Shown piece after piece: positions 1-13,671 of a DNA stretch of 64,000 nucleotides. Location: assembly GCA_964016885.1 (NCBI GenBank), contig OZ024747.1:89714001-89778000 (forward strand), in the 5' to 3' direction. Below the pieces are notes generated by a model, which had not been told where the DNA came from, did not search any database, and worked only from the letters and a program-made list of their open reading frames with translations. Made by a program: the position numbers and the translations under genes. Numbering within the stretch: position 1 is the stretch's first letter; each line of letters opens with the position of its first letter. The stretch comes from Eledone cirrhosa. Its lineage: Eukaryota.

Positions 1-268
1 TAATTTTACCATGTGTGAACAGAAAACATACCCAGTCTAATCTGTCAGTTGGTAGTTTTGGTGTCACGATAAAAAAAACCAAGTCCACACTATAAATGTG
101 GTTAGCGTTAGGAAGGGCATTCAGCCATAGAAACCAAGCCAGAAACTGTTCTGTATGAGTAAGACATGGTTACCTGATTTGACTTGTCTCAGAATGGGAC
201 AACTCATATAACCCATGCTAGTGAGAAAAATGGACATTAAATGGTGATAATAATTATGTTTAATCTCT

Positions 269-463
269 TTAATATAACAACCAGCATTTTGCTTCTTCAC
301 TACTAAGGCATGGGTTAACCTTGCTTGCCCCATAACAAATTTGTTTGTTTTCTCTACCATCTGCATTCCCATTAATCAACCTCTTGTTTTTCATTTCCTC
401 CAACATCATTTTTAACCATGTCTTTCTTTGTCTTCCCTTTCCCCTACTTCCTTCCGCATTCAT
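269..463 (-). mobile_element. Degenerate RTE-clade LINE 3' fragment
   Basis: Translation EGSRGKGRQRKTWL matches the G.R.RGRPRK.W motif at the C-terminus of RTE ORFs. Confidence 0.5.
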
Positions 464-464
464 T

Positions 465-802
465 TCATCATCATTTCATTTTACGTCCGCTTTTTCCCAG
501 CTTGCAAGGGTGGGACGGGAACTGATTCTGGCTTGATTTCTACAGCTGGATGCCCTTCCTAACACCAACCTCATTTACAGTGAGTGCTGGGTGCTTTTTT
601 GCCGTGGCACCTCCACGACCACTTTGCAGTGGAATGATATAGACCCCAGTCCCTATCATCTCATTTCTACAGCTGAGTAAACTGGAGCAATGTGAAATAA
701 AGTGTCTTGCTCAAGGAAACCACACATCACCCAGTCTGAGAATTGAACTCACAACATTTCGATTGCAAGGCCAATACTCTAACCACTAAGCCATGTGCCT
801 CC
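465..802 (-). mobile_element. tRNA-derived SINE (family A), full length
   Basis: Minus strand begins GGAGGCACATGGCTTAGTGG (A box), has GAGTTCAATTC (B box), a CCTTGAGCAAGACACTTT core and a GTTAGGAAGGGCATCCAGC block, and ends in (GAT)n. A close copy lies at 33482-33817. Confidence 0.85.
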
Positions 803-953
803 ATTAATTTCCATAATTCCTCTCACCCAACCACAGTCATACTTCCTCAACACACGACTCTTTAATGGGGTTAAAATTTGTGGTAAAAAAAATGCAAATT
901 TAAAGAAAAGATTACATTTCATAACACTTTCTTCAATTTTCCATGTTAATGTG

Positions 954-1121
954 CCATATTTCCCGGCGTCGATGATGCTACTTTTTTCCGAAAATAAGTC
1001 TCAAAAATCTGCCAAGTGTCCTGGAGACCGAAGGTTATTTATTAATTTTTTTCAAATTATTGGTTGTCAAAATTAGGGTGCGTCCTCGAGGATGAAGCCC
1101 CTTCGGTGCCGGGAAATATGG
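954..1121. mobile_element. Tc1/mariner-superfamily MITE
   Basis: Terminal inverted repeats CCATATTTCCCGGCGTCGA / TCGGTGCCGGGAAATATGG, with TA on the right flank. Confidence 0.7.
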
Positions 1122-1200
1122 TAAGTTATGTTTTGGTTACATATATGTTAGTAGAAAACAAAAAAAAATTGAGAAATATCTCAAATCTAGTTTGTGAATA

Positions 1201-1373
1201 CAGTGAAATTCCATTATAACAAAATTCATGGGGTATAAAAAAGATTCGTTGTAATGAAAAATTCTTTATAACGTGATAGACCAAACACATTGAGCGTGTG
1301 GCTGGGATTGAAAAAAATTTATTATACTGAAAAATTTGTTATAATGGTATTCGTTATAACGGAATTTTACCTG
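1201..1373. mobile_element. pogo/Tigger-like MITE
   Basis: TA-CAGTGAAATTCCATTATAAC ... GTTATAACGGAATTTTACCTG-TA, with internal TTATAAC repeats. Confidence 0.75.
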
Positions 1374-2262
1374 TATTTTATCAGTGCATCAAGGATTGTG
1401 AGCTGGTTCTTCCATTCCTTTAAATAGCTGTCCATATGAATATACACATATAGTTCATATAGTTTAACAAATGAAGACATTTTCCTGTTTTAAAGGTTGA
1501 AGGTATTCTCAACATTCTTAAGTCAAATTGCAGTGTGTAAGCAGTATTTGTAAAAGGAAACCTACTGCACTGTATGTAGTTCCATTTCTGGATGATAAAT
1601 GTTATTCATTAGATTGAATTGTACACGTTTTATGCTTATTTTTTGTAAAATTCTTTAAAATGCCAGTTCATTTTGGAAGCTTTTGTATTTGTCATTTTTA
1701 ACTGGTCTCTGGTGTCATGACTACAAAGCTTACACCACATCTGATATCTTTAGTACATTTTGTTATGATTCTAGTCAATTTATACATTGTTAATCAACTG
1801 TTCTTAATGCCTTAACTACTACACCTTGTGCCTGCCTATAGAAACAATATTAGTCTTTAGATATCAACTGTCAAATAATTTTATTTCGAATAAACAAAAA
1901 TCAAAGAAACCAGTGAGGGTACCTCTATATAGCTCCTTGATCTACTAGAAACACCAGCCAATTCTGTCAGATCACACCCTACCATCTTAAAAAAATTAAA
2001 GGACAGGGTGGATAATGTAGTCCTAGATATACTATGTTTAAAAATAAATGACTGACTAAACATTTCATGGAAACATTCATTTATAATTGTTATTATGGTT
2101 GAAACATCTACAAGCTAATTGAAATTAAAAGTAGCAGTTAATCTAAGTTATTTTATTATTTTTTAATAACACAATTCTGTTATAAAAATGGTGATTAAAA
2201 TGTTGTACTTGTTGCTGAGAGCTGCAGCCACACTTTGGCTATCTTCAACAAGGTGGACTTAA

Positions 2263-2468
2263 CCCTTTAGCATTTAAACTGGCTATATTTGCTCAGAATT
2301 CTCCTCACCTCTTTCTGTTCAAACCGGCTGTAACCGGCCGCTCAAACTGATGTTAAGGCATTCTCAAAATAAATAATATCAAAATTTCATAGATTCGATA
2401 TTATGTGAGAGAATGCCATTACTGTGAAAATATAATAGTAAATATAGAGTAATGTAAATACTAAAGTG
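2263..2468. mobile_element. TTAA-specific (piggyBac-like) MITE
   Basis: TTAA-CCCTTTAGCATTTA ... TAAATACTAAAGTG-TTAA. Other copies at 23267, 23522, 54408 and 59363. Confidence 0.8.
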
Positions 2469-4395
2469 TTAAACTGTTACAGCATATATTTACTTATATA
2501 TTTGTCAAAAAGAAGATTAAAGGAAAAAGACAGCCTTCTCTCTGATGTCTTGATTTACAATTTTCTTTTAGTATCACACAATTAGTCCTCCTCCTTGTTT
2601 TATGGACTTTGATGAGGTTTCAATTCCTCCCGACTCACTAACATACAACATTAACCACATAATAATATTCTCTTTTGTCTGAAGCAATAATCCCTTTGTT
2701 ATCATTGAAAGCAACTTTTGAACCATTACTAAACTGTTTTGAAACGATAAAGCTGCATTTTCACTAACTTTATTCTCGATAGTAATGTCATTTGTAGATT
2801 TGTTTAGCAGTCTAAATGAGTGAATCATCACAGCAGTTTATAGAAATTTATATTTATTATATCTACTGGAGAAGTGAGTTCACTTAAGTAGTTAAATCCC
2901 TACTAAGCTATAAATGTCCAAATTTCAATTCATCTACTTTAATTCTTTTTGGCACTAACCCTTTTATTTATTTTTTTATTTTTTATTTGAAATTTGAGAG
3001 TAGTGAATTGACAGAATCATTAGAGTGTCAGACAACATACTTTGTTTTGTGGTATATAGTTACTGCCCTTGACATTCTGAGTTCAAACCCTGCCAAGGTT
3101 AGTTATGCCTTTCGTCCTTATGGGGGTCAATAAAATATTCTTCATTAATCAATTAAAATAGTGTGTTTCATTAGAAATGCAATTGTGAAAGGGTTAATTA
3201 GAAAATATATATTATTTCTTTTTGATAGGATTTTTATCATAATGTTTCCAGAAGGCTTTAAACAGACTTTCAACTTGATAATTTCGTAGAAAAATATATG
3301 ATAGCAAAACACTGAACATTTTGCCTGTCAAAAATTCTGTATCTCTGTTAATTACATTTGAACATTTACAATAAAAGTCACTATTCAAATAAGGTGAATG
3401 AAATAGGTATCTTTATATCCCAAACTGTTTTTATATCATCATCATCATTATCATTTAACATTCCTTTTTCCCTGCTAGCAAAGGTTAGATGGGTTGACTC
3501 AGACAAAATTAGTACTTAGTCAGAGCCACTGACCTCTAAGACAGACTAGTAAAATGGTGAATATCATTTATATATGTTCCTGTACACTATAGAGTGTGTG
3601 TACTGGGTGAATTTTATCATGACACCAACACTAAAGAGGTTTTCATACCCTTGACACAACTGAAGAATCTTTTTGACCATTCTTTGGGGCTGGATTTCTA
3701 CAGTTGGATGCTCTTTGTATCACCAATCAGTTTACAGTGTGTAGAAGGTGCTCTTTTCGTGGCACCAGCACTAGAACGGTTGTTGAGCCATGGATGAAGT
3801 ACAGGACATTTTGCTTAGAGATAAATAGTTTGTTCTTGTCCTAACACTGTAATTTATTTGTGGACATTACACTTAACTCTGAATAACTGAATCCTATTAT
3901 CATTGGTACTTTGGTTTAGACTGGAAATTGATGGAATTAATGTTCTTCTTGAACAGTTGCAAACTGACAGCTGCAGGAAAAACTTAAGCAGAGAAAGATT
4001 ACCAGAAGGCTGATTTTCTGGACTGAGCATAGTGAATAGTGTGTATATCCTGAAGGTATAGACAAAATATGGAGTGATGAGAGGAGGGGAGACAAAGTTG
4101 GGAGTAGTGGCTAAGTAGAAGAGGAATAAAAGTAGCTATATCAGAGGAGCAGAGATCACTGTAGGAATGGTAGAATAGACAGAAAGTGAGAATGTCTATG
4201 GGACAGTTTAGAGTACATACTCTACTAACCAACAAATCAGTTGGCTATTTTGAGATTATGATCCAGGATAACTATATATACAGCTGCAGCACTGCATTGT
4301 GTGCTTCACTTCACTTGCTATTTAGATATTACTGGGTAATAAATAATTTAACAGTGAAAAAACATCATCTACTTTATAAAAGTAACAAGTTATTC

Positions 4396-4529
4396 TTTGG
4401 CTCAGTGTTCTAGGTTTACTCCTTGGTTCAGTGTGCTAGGTTTAATTCTTGGCTCAGTGTGTTAAATTTAAACCTTGGCTCAGTGTGCTAAGTTTAATTC
4501 TTGCCTCAGTATGCTAAGTTTACTTCTTG
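4396..4529. repeat. 26-bp minisatellite, ~5 units
   Basis: Head-to-tail units of approximately CTTGGCTCAGTGTGCTAAGTTTAATT with no spacers. Confidence 0.85.
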
Positions 4530-6300
4530 TCATGACAAAAGTTTTCTTTGTTAGAAAGGTATTATATACAGAAGGAAATCAATTCCTACTCCCTTCACTG
4601 CAAATACAGAAAATGGCGATAAGCACTTGCTCAATGGATTACAATAATCTGTAATGGGACTGATATGATATTGATTTGTATTTGTTGAAGTCTTGTAAGT
4701 TACCTATATATGGAGTGAAGTGTTTGTGGCATTAGTGCTTCAGTAGATCATTATGGCAACATGATAAATTCTGACAAATGCTTCAAGCTGACAACTTGTT
4801 TAACATCCTGTAATGATTTAGAAGAAAATAACAAAAAAAAAAAACAGGTTTGTTAATTCAAATGTTTCTAGTATTTTTTGCTAATGGACAGATTGTTGTG
4901 GAAAATTTGCAGTATTAGAGTAAAGATTTAAATATTCAATATGATGCAGAAAATATCTAAAAATGGGTTTGTTTATTCAAATGTTTATAGTCTCTTTAGT
5001 AGTGGATAGAGCATTTTGATCATTTGCTGGCCATGCTCTCTTCACACACACTATATAATTCCCCTTATATTGACATCCTTGATTCAGTTCTCATCCAGCC
5101 CATACGGGCTTCTCTCCTTGGAACCACATTCTTGATCCATCTTCCTCACTTCCTTGTCCAAAAACATGCTCTGCCACCCCTTACACAAATATCTCTGATT
5201 CACCTTCCATATCTCCCCCATACTAACCTAGAAAGCCTGGTATGTCTTACAATAAAGTTATATAAAAGTAATGGTTTATTAAGCTAAATCTTTAAAACAA
5301 TGCTCTCATAATTATTCAGGGTTGTGCAGGGGAAGTCGTGTACTCTCAGTCGCTTCACACCATAAAACTAGGCCTGACATGCCTCTTGACTTGAGATAGA
5401 CTTTAGAACTTTTAGACTTTAGGAACACTCTGTACATCCTCTTTTTTTTTTTTTTGTTTTGTTTTGTGTAGTGGGGTTATTTTCTTTTTTCACCTATTAG
5501 TTATTAGCCATTTTGTTCCATTAAAAATCTCACTCTGATTTCCATTTTTTTCCTTTGCTGTTCTATCAAGAATACTTGAACCATTTTAGTTAATGATACA
5601 TCTTCCTATAAAAAGAAAACCATTTCTTCATATGTGAATAAATCTTATACAATTTTTTTTCTTTGAAATTTTATAAAATGTTTAATCTTGGATGAAATAA
5701 AGTCAGTAATTAGAATCAAATGAAGTAATTAGTTATTTTTTAACTAATTCTACATCATGGATTTATGGCTAATTTGTTTAATCTTTTTTGAGCTAAATTC
5801 TAGTAAATTGCTTCCTGCTATTAAACTAATTAAAATATTCCTTTCAAAAAATGATTCCTGTCTGTGATTTTTACAGTAGAGTTATAATAACCTGTATATA
5901 TAATATTTTGTTTTTTGTTTCAAATTTAAATTCTGATATGTGGAGAAGACATTTATTTATTATTTTATTATTTTATTCATCTATGTAATGAATTCTTGTA
6001 ATTTGTAGTTTTCAAAGAAATATAAAATCTACCAATTAGTTTTATTAAAAGTTATAGATATTAGGACAGGAGAAAGTTTCCCTGACTAAGGCTGATGATT
6101 TTGATTGCCATCATAACCATAATGAGGTAATAACAACTGTACATTTTTTAGAAAACATAATTGTTTCTACTTTTGGCACAAGACCAGCAATTATCCTAGT
6201 GTTGACCCTGAAATGGGAATACAAATGGAATAAAACAAGTTTCGTGTAAATCGGATCACGAGTTCCCAAGATATGGGGGTTTTCCGGGTACCTTCATTAA

Positions 6301-6515
6301 TAGAGAGAGAGAAAGAGAATGGAAGAGAGAGAGAGAGAGAGAGAGAGCTGGTGGTGTTGTTGTGTATATATATATATATGTGTGTGTGTATATATATATA
6401 TATGTGTGTGTCTATGACCAGTGTATATAGATCACAGACACCCACATATATATATATACACATATATATATATATATACATTTATATATATATACATACA
6501 CACACGTATATATAT
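6301..6515. repeat. Compound (GA)n/(TA)n/(TG)n microsatellite
   Basis: Directly visible. Confidence 0.9.
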
Positions 6516-6622
6516 GGGCTTTCCAGTTTCATTTCACACTTTATACATGACTGTGTATATTTTAATTATTTAAACATTATTTTTAAATGAATATAATTTA
6601 AAAAAAAATATTTTGAAGTTAA

Positions 6623-6652
6623 CGTGACCCGTTGGGTCACGGGTCGTCTAGT
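6623..6652 (+). mobile_element. Probable Helitron 3' terminus
   Basis: GC-rich hairpin CGTGACCC-GTT-GGGTCACG followed 6 nt later by CTAG-T. Confidence 0.6.
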
Positions 6653-7734
6653 AATAAATAAATTTGTTAATTTATATATATATAAAAAAAAAAGGAACAA
6701 TATAATTGTTAAACATTTCCACTAGAACAACTTACTTTGTAAATATCACTCAGTTCAAAAAAGTATTTATAGGGTATTGAAAAAGTGTCTCAAATTGAAT
6801 ATCACATGGTTAATGAAAGTATTTCAGGGTATTAGAAAAGTGCCTCAAATTAAATGTCTCAATATTTTGCAATTGGTTTGTGCAAAAACAAAGCTTTAAT
6901 AGAAATATTACTATCAATCTTTCCAGATTCAGCATGTCTTTCTAACTTTCTCTTTCTGTATTCTTTGCATATTCTTTTTCAGACTGTTGACTGTTTGTTG
7001 CTTGTCTTAGGGCCTTCTCATTCTTCATTTATATCTATGATTGAGAATTACACTTAATTTAAGGAGTCCTAATCCTCATCATCATTGTTTAATGTCTATC
7101 TTCCATGCTAGCATGTGTTAGACGGTTTTGTTCCATTTGATGTGGGAATAGTTGGGAGACCATGTCTTGCTCATACAGAAGTGTCTCTGGCAGGTTTTCT
7201 ATGGCTGGATGCCCTTCCTAACACCTCTTGTTATTTCTATATTTGTATGACTGAGAGCCACATTTACGCTAGGCTACCTTCTTGTTCTTAATTTTTATAT
7301 CTTTGTGCCTTAAAAATTAATAAGCGGGTGGAGGGGGATGATTATTTAAGACCTAGAGTAGGTAAGGCTGCTTATATATATTTCAATCTGTTTTTCTTCT
7401 TTGCATAGTTATCACATGATTAAAAATTCCTTAAGTTCCTGGTCATTTAATTAAGATTACAATTTTTTTTCTTTTAATTAGACCTTGACAGTTCTTTTAA
7501 TATTCCATATTTCTTTTTTCATTTTGATTTACTTTTCATTTTCTATTAGAAATATTAGAAAATCACATTTTGATATTTCTATTTCAGCATTGTTTTTGCA
7601 CACTTTTATTCATATCATCATCATCATTGTTTAACGTCCATGACCCACTAAATTGTTTTAGGCATTTGTTTGAACAAATCAGTCTTTTAATGCAGCTGGT
7701 ATGTTTTCTTACTTTTACATTAAGAGTACAAATA

Positions 7735-8214
7735 TTTTATCGACCCCGTAAGGATGAAAGGCAAAGTTAACCTTGGCCGGATTAGAACTCAGGCCATAAA
7801 GGGGCAAGAGCACAAATAATTGTTTCTACTTTTGGCACAAGGCCAGCAATTATCCGAGTGTATTACTGGTACTTTATTTTATCGACCCCGTAAGGATGAA
7901 AGGCAAAGTTAACCTCGGCGGGATTTGAACTCAGACCATAAAGGGCTGTAACTCTTTGCTGCAAAGCATGGCGTCCGACCCTCTACCAATACTGCCAATC
8001 CAAATAATATTCAGTCATCTGTATTGTTTATTTTTAGCATTTTCTCCACAAATAATGATTTCTTTATCAAATAATGACTTCTATTATAGGCACAAGGCCA
8101 ACGATTTATCAAATATTAATAATTGTTTCTACTTTAGGCACAAGGCCAGCAAATACTCAGTACATTACTGGTACTTTATTTTATCAACCCCGTAAGGATG
8201 AAAGGCAAAGTTAA
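7735..8214 (-). mobile_element. Cluster of SINE family C copies (full and partial)
   Basis: Reverse complement of the family C body (TTTGCCTTTCATCCTTACGGGGTCGATAAAATAAAGTACCAG) occurs three times; the tRNA-like head is near 8000. Confidence 0.85.
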
Positions 8215-10014
8215 CTAATAATGATTTCTGATTTAGGCACATTTAACAACATCCTTTCAAAGTATTTTCCCATTATGCACCATTTTGGCTGTATTAAATT
8301 ACAGACAAGCACACAATCACAGAATTTTAGTAGTATATAGATTATATCATCTCTACTGCCCCCACCCCACCTTCTTAGGCCCCTGTGCCCCCAGAGGGTA
8401 GCACCCACTTTGAGAACCTCTGCTCTAGCAGAATAGTTCTGCTAAGAATATCATAACTTCTAATGTGTAAATAGTGGATCGTAGCGTCTTATATCAGTGT
8501 ATTTAAATAAAACACACACATTAATGTCTCTTAATCTTGTATGGTTGATTGTGTATTTAACTTTTTGGTTTTATTTTCCAACCCTTTAACCGTGTATCTA
8601 ATTAATTAGACTGTCAATTTGAATTAGTTTCTGTCTGACTTTAATTAACTTTGTATGCAACATTCCCTTCAATTCCTGTAATGTTTAGCCAATTAGATAT
8701 GTTTCTTTTAAAACTTAATTTTATCCTCTAATTTTGATTTGCTAGTTAAAATTATTCCATATCACTTCCTTGATCTCATGATATTTTATTTTTTGATTTA
8801 ATTCATAAAATACAAGGCTTTTGTTGTCACCATACAACATTAATTTGATAAACATTAACATTTTAAAATACACATTTAAATTCTAAACAATTATTGAGAG
8901 AATTAAATACATTCTATGGTTTAAAGTAACCTTTTAACATTACATCTTCTTATATATGGTATATAAATACATACAATATATTATATAGATATACACAGTA
9001 TGGCATATATATATAAATATATATCATTATTGATTTGTGTAGATTTTTTCTACATTGATATAATTACTGAATATGATTTTAGAACTTAGGATCTACCTGG
9101 AAAATATTTATAAATTTATGTTTAATTTGTGTCATATATAATTAGATATCTAAATATAAAACTCTTTCCAGGTGAAAATTGTATAACTTTAATTTCCTTC
9201 TCAAGAAATACTACCATAGAATATGGAATATTCTTTCATCTTATTATTCTCAATCTCTTCTAAATACTGAGAGTCAACAGTATTATCTTCTTTGGTTGTG
9301 ATTATTTGCTCCAATTTGAATCATACTTAATTTGCATTATCAAATAATTATATATTAGTAAAATGTCACTGTATCATTTCAGAAAAATACACCACCCAAT
9401 GTGCTAATAAGAACTTTATCTCTCCTTTATTTGATTAATGAATTGTTTAGTGATAAAAACAAGTAAAATCTGAAAAGTGTTGTATCTGTCAAGGTATAGA
9501 AAACATAATTCATGATAACACATAGTATTAAACATTTTTAAACAATAAATAACTGCAAACAAATGAGGTAAGATTAAATCAATATAGTGATCGCTTTTCT
9601 TCTCTTCCTTCCTTCCTTACCTAAAATGAAAACTACAAATTATAAAATATTAGTGAATATTCCCTTGAGTAATTATGAGAGCATTGTTTTAAAGATTTAG
9701 CTTAATTAACCATTACTTTTATATAACTTTATTTTATTTGGAAATTATATGAAACTTGTTTCAACATTTTAATTGGTTATGTCCAATATTCTGTATCTTA
9801 ATTAGCAAATTAATTAATGCCATTTATTAAGATTTCAATTTTATAGTGATAACTAGCAAACAATTATATTATCGGCTTCCCTTACTCTTTTATTTACAAT
9901 GAAACAAAAAACAAAAAATGAAAACCAGGAAATAAACACTTTAAGGAAATTAGATATTACTCCAGTTTTAAATGCAGAATGAAAGAATATTACATAAGAA
10001 ATAATTGAGGATTT

Positions 10015-10409
10015 TCGGTGGATTGGCAGTATCGGTAGAGGGTCGGACGCCATGCTTTCCAGCGTGTTACGTCCCTTTACGAACTGAGTTCAAATCCCGC
10101 CGAGGTTGACTTTGCCTTTCATCCTTACGGGGTCGATAAAATAAAGTACCAGTAATGCACTGGGTAATTGCTGGCCTTGTGCCTAAAGTAGAAACAATTA
10201 TTATTATTATTATTATTATTATTAGGGCGGTGGATTGGCAGTATCTGTAGAGGGTCAGACGCAATGCTTTCCAGCATAGTTACGTCCCTTTACGATCTGA
10301 GTTCAAATCCCGCCGAGGTTGACTTTGCCTTTCATCCTTACAGGGTCGATAAAATAAAGTACCAGTAATGCACTGGGTAATTTGCTGGCCTGTGCCTAAA
10401 GTAGAAACA

Positions 10410-10462
<53 letters not shown>
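10015..10462 (+). mobile_element. Tandem dimer of tRNA-derived SINE family C with (ATT)n tails
   Basis: Each unit has TGGCAGTATCGG-like A box, GAGTTCAAATCC B box, the conserved body and an (ATT)n tail. Confidence 0.9.
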
Positions 10463-10463
<1 letters not shown>

Positions 10464-10759
10464 GTATTTGAATTGTATACAATTACATATTCTTTTAATC
10501 ACTTAATAACCAATGATCTTATTGTGGTAAATATAGATTATAGAATTGCTTTATATTTTTTTTTTTAGCATATTCATCCCCCATAACATCATTATTATTG
10601 TTGTGGTGGTTATTATGGAAACTCAATAGAATCATTAAAGTATCAAACAAAATACTTTGCAGTATGTATTTCCGGCTCTCTGTTTTGAGTCCAAATCCGA
10701 TTGAGGTCAAATTTGCTTTTCATTCATTGAAAAGATACTAAAGTATTAGTCAAGTATTG

Positions 10760-11180
10760 ATACAACTGAAGAATCTTTGTGACTCTTTGTTTGACCTGGT
10801 TTCCCTTCTTATCACTAACCACTTTACAGAGTATACTGAGTACATTTATTATGTCACACACACACACACTAGAGTGGTTGTTGTGTTCTTTACACAAATA
10901 AAGAGTCCCTCTCATTCCTTTGTTTGGCATGGTTTCTGGAAATGGATGCCTTCATCTCACTAACCACCTTACATGGTATACTAAGTGTGTTTTATCATGT
11001 CACCAACACCAAGAGGTTCTTATGCCCTTTACACAAATAAAGAGTCCTTCTCCTTTTTTGGCATGGTTTTTTCAATTGGTTGCCCTTCCTCTTAATAACT
11101 GCCTTACATGGTGAACTAGGTGTGTTTTATCATATCACCAACACCAAGAGGTTTTCATGCCCTTTACACAACTGAAGAGG
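10760..11180. repeat. ~140-bp tandem repeat, ~3 diverged units, derived from a SINE/RTE-like body
   Basis: Recurrent TTTACACAAATAAAGAGTCC...GGCATGGTTT...GTGTTTTATCATGTCACCAACACCAAGAGGTT. Confidence 0.65.
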
Positions 11181-12179
11181 TCCCATATTATGTATATTAT
11201 GTTGTTTTGTTATTTGATTCGCATGTACTAAGTCTATATTTATGTTCCCACTGTTCATAATTTTCAAGTTTTTACATTTTTTAAAAGTCTTTTGTTTTGT
11301 GTCTGTTGTTCTTATTCTTGTGATATGTCTTATGTAATCACTCTAAATCAATGTCTAGTATCATTCTAATCTTAAGTATGTATCTTAATTTTGCAACTTA
11401 TTTTTCAATCAAGGTTATTTTCTTTCTCTCTCATTATACATCATTATCATCATCATCATCATCATCATTTTACGTCTGTTCTTCCACGCTAGCATGGGTT
11501 AGACAGGTTTTCCTGTTGTGGGCAATGCCAGGTCAGGTGACCATGTCTTGCTCATATATATATATCATCATCATTTTACGTCCGCTTTTCCCTGCTTACA
11601 TACACTGTACACACATGCTCACACACACATAGGCTCACACACACATAGGCTCACACACACACATGCTTACACACACACATGCACACACACATATATATAT
11701 ATATCATGATAGCTATATTTAATGGCTTGAGTGTTGCTGTATAGTATGTACATATTATGGAAGTATATTCCTTTCATGTATGTCTTTACACTTAAATTTG
11801 CAGAAGTTGAAGACTAAGATCAGCTCCTATATTTAGTTTGTAATTATTTTCATCAGATACTATTTAACTCTTACTATCCTGTAATGATTTAGCATAAGAT
11901 TTCTAAAAAATATTTCAGTAATCCAAATGATTTTTTTTTGTTTTGTCCTTATGTCATTGGTCTTATTTCCACCATGTGTACAAACAGTGCCCCTATGACT
12001 TCATCGAGAATGAAGAACCCATTATATTTAAATCCCACAATGGTTTACTTTCTATTTCTTCTTTCTAGGGCTTAAAATAAATAACTCTCAAATACTATGA
12101 ACAAGTAATATCAATTGTTTTTTTCCACAAGTAACTCTTTGCTTATGTTAGACTATGTTGTTATTATTCTGGATAACAT

Positions 12180-13035
12180 CTATCTATCTAACTATCTAAG
12201 GCGGGTAAAATTCCCGAGATCCATGGACGAGTTCTCTCCAGCGGTCTCTGTCCCTCATTATCGCTGCCATATCCCGCATCTCCAACAGACCAGTGTCTGT
12301 CCTTAGGGCATCAACATATGTTAACCTTGGTCTTCCTCTTCTAGTGTGTCCATGTAGGGGCTCCCAAAGGAGCACTGAGTGCAATGTCAACTCTGGATGT
12401 CGGTCAGCATGTCCAGCCAACCTCAGTCTCCTCTGTGTCACTTTTGAGCTGACTTTTGGGATGCTCCCATACAGCTCTGAGTTTTTCATCCTCAGTGTAT
12501 ACTGATTAATGTTCAGAGCCATCCTCAGCATTCTCGTGTAGCACCCATCCACCATCTGAGTGAGTCTCTTGGTCAGTGTCCAAGTCTCAGACCCATACAG
12601 CAGCACAGACTCCACTACAGCAATGAAGAGGTGGATTTTCAGGTCTCTACGAAGGTCCGACTTCCACACCGACCTCAAGCTGTGACACGCCGCCCAGGCC
12701 TTGCTCTTCCTCTCAACCACATCATCTTCCGTATTCCCAATCTTTGCTCCCAAATACAGGAAGTCCTCAACCAATTCCAGCGGCTTCCCGCCTACATTAG
12801 TGATCCCCTCTGGCTTCTCAACATTCTCTACCAGATATTTTGTTTTAGTCTCATTCATTCTCAGCCCCACACTCATCGACACAGTCTCAACCTCCCGCAT
12901 CAAATCCTCTGCCTCCTTCACTGTATTTGTCACCAAAACTATGTCGTCGGCAAATTCAGCATCCGATACCTTTTTCGCCCCAACTTTCGCCCCAACTCTC
13001 CTGCTCTGAGCCGGTGCTACAGTAAAGCCAGAGTC
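12180..13035 (-). mobile_element. 5'-truncated RTE-clade LINE (RT C-terminal half), young copy
   Basis: Open frame includes AEFADDIVL (FADD at 12943-12954), FLYLG, LLYGSETW and RRGRP. It has a (GATA)n tail and an 11-bp target site duplication CTGGATAACAT at 12169-12179 and 13036-13046. Confidence 0.95.
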
Positions 13036-13347
13036 CTGGATAACATTAATGTAGTCAAATAGGCTTAATGTTATTTTTAATGTGTCCTGGGAAAAAACAC
13101 TTTACCAAAGAAAGATTATATAAGCTATCTAAATTATCAAACATCATTAGAACGAAAAGTTCACTTTGCTGAACTCAACAGTAAGGGGGAGCTGGTATTT
13201 GTCACACTTTGCCATGATCATAATCACATTGGTCACTTTAGAATGTAAGTGAGAACAACTGTCATATGCTATAGAGAATCAAAATAGGTGAAGGGATCAG
13301 AATTATGCAATTCCAAACCAGCTCTAACTAATTATTATTATTGCTAT

Positions 13348-13671
13348 CCTGCTGAGGTTAACTTTGCCTTTCATCCTTACGGGGTCGATAAAATAAAGTA
13401 CCAGTAATGCACTGGGATAATTGCTGGCCTTGTGCCAAAAGTAGAAATAATTATTATTTATAGCAGTATCGGTAGAGCATCAAACAATATGCTTTGTGGT
13501 AAAGAGTTACAGCCCTTTACATTCTGAGTTCAAATACTGCTGAGGTTAACTTTGCCTTTCATCCTTACTGGGTTGATAAAATAAAGTACCAGTAATGTAC
13601 TGGGGTCGATTTAATCGACTTTCCCCTCACCTTCAAATTGTTGGCCTTGTGCCTAAATCTGAAACCATTAT
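13348..13671 (+). mobile_element. SINE family C tandem pair (5'-truncated short form plus long form)
   Basis: Two family C bodies head to tail. Confidence 0.85.

Noticed and set aside
4396-4529. Regular 26-bp repeats suggesting a CRISPR array
   Set aside because: Units are contiguous with no unique spacers, the context is eukaryotic, and there are no cas genes; it is a minisatellite.
10015-10105. tRNA gene-like A/B boxes, here and at many similar sites
   Set aside because: They are SINE heads fused to repeated bodies and simple-repeat tails; no complete cloverleaf is evident.
12631-13062. 143-aa and 102-aa plus-strand ORFs
   Set aside because: Antisense shadows of the RTE reading frame.
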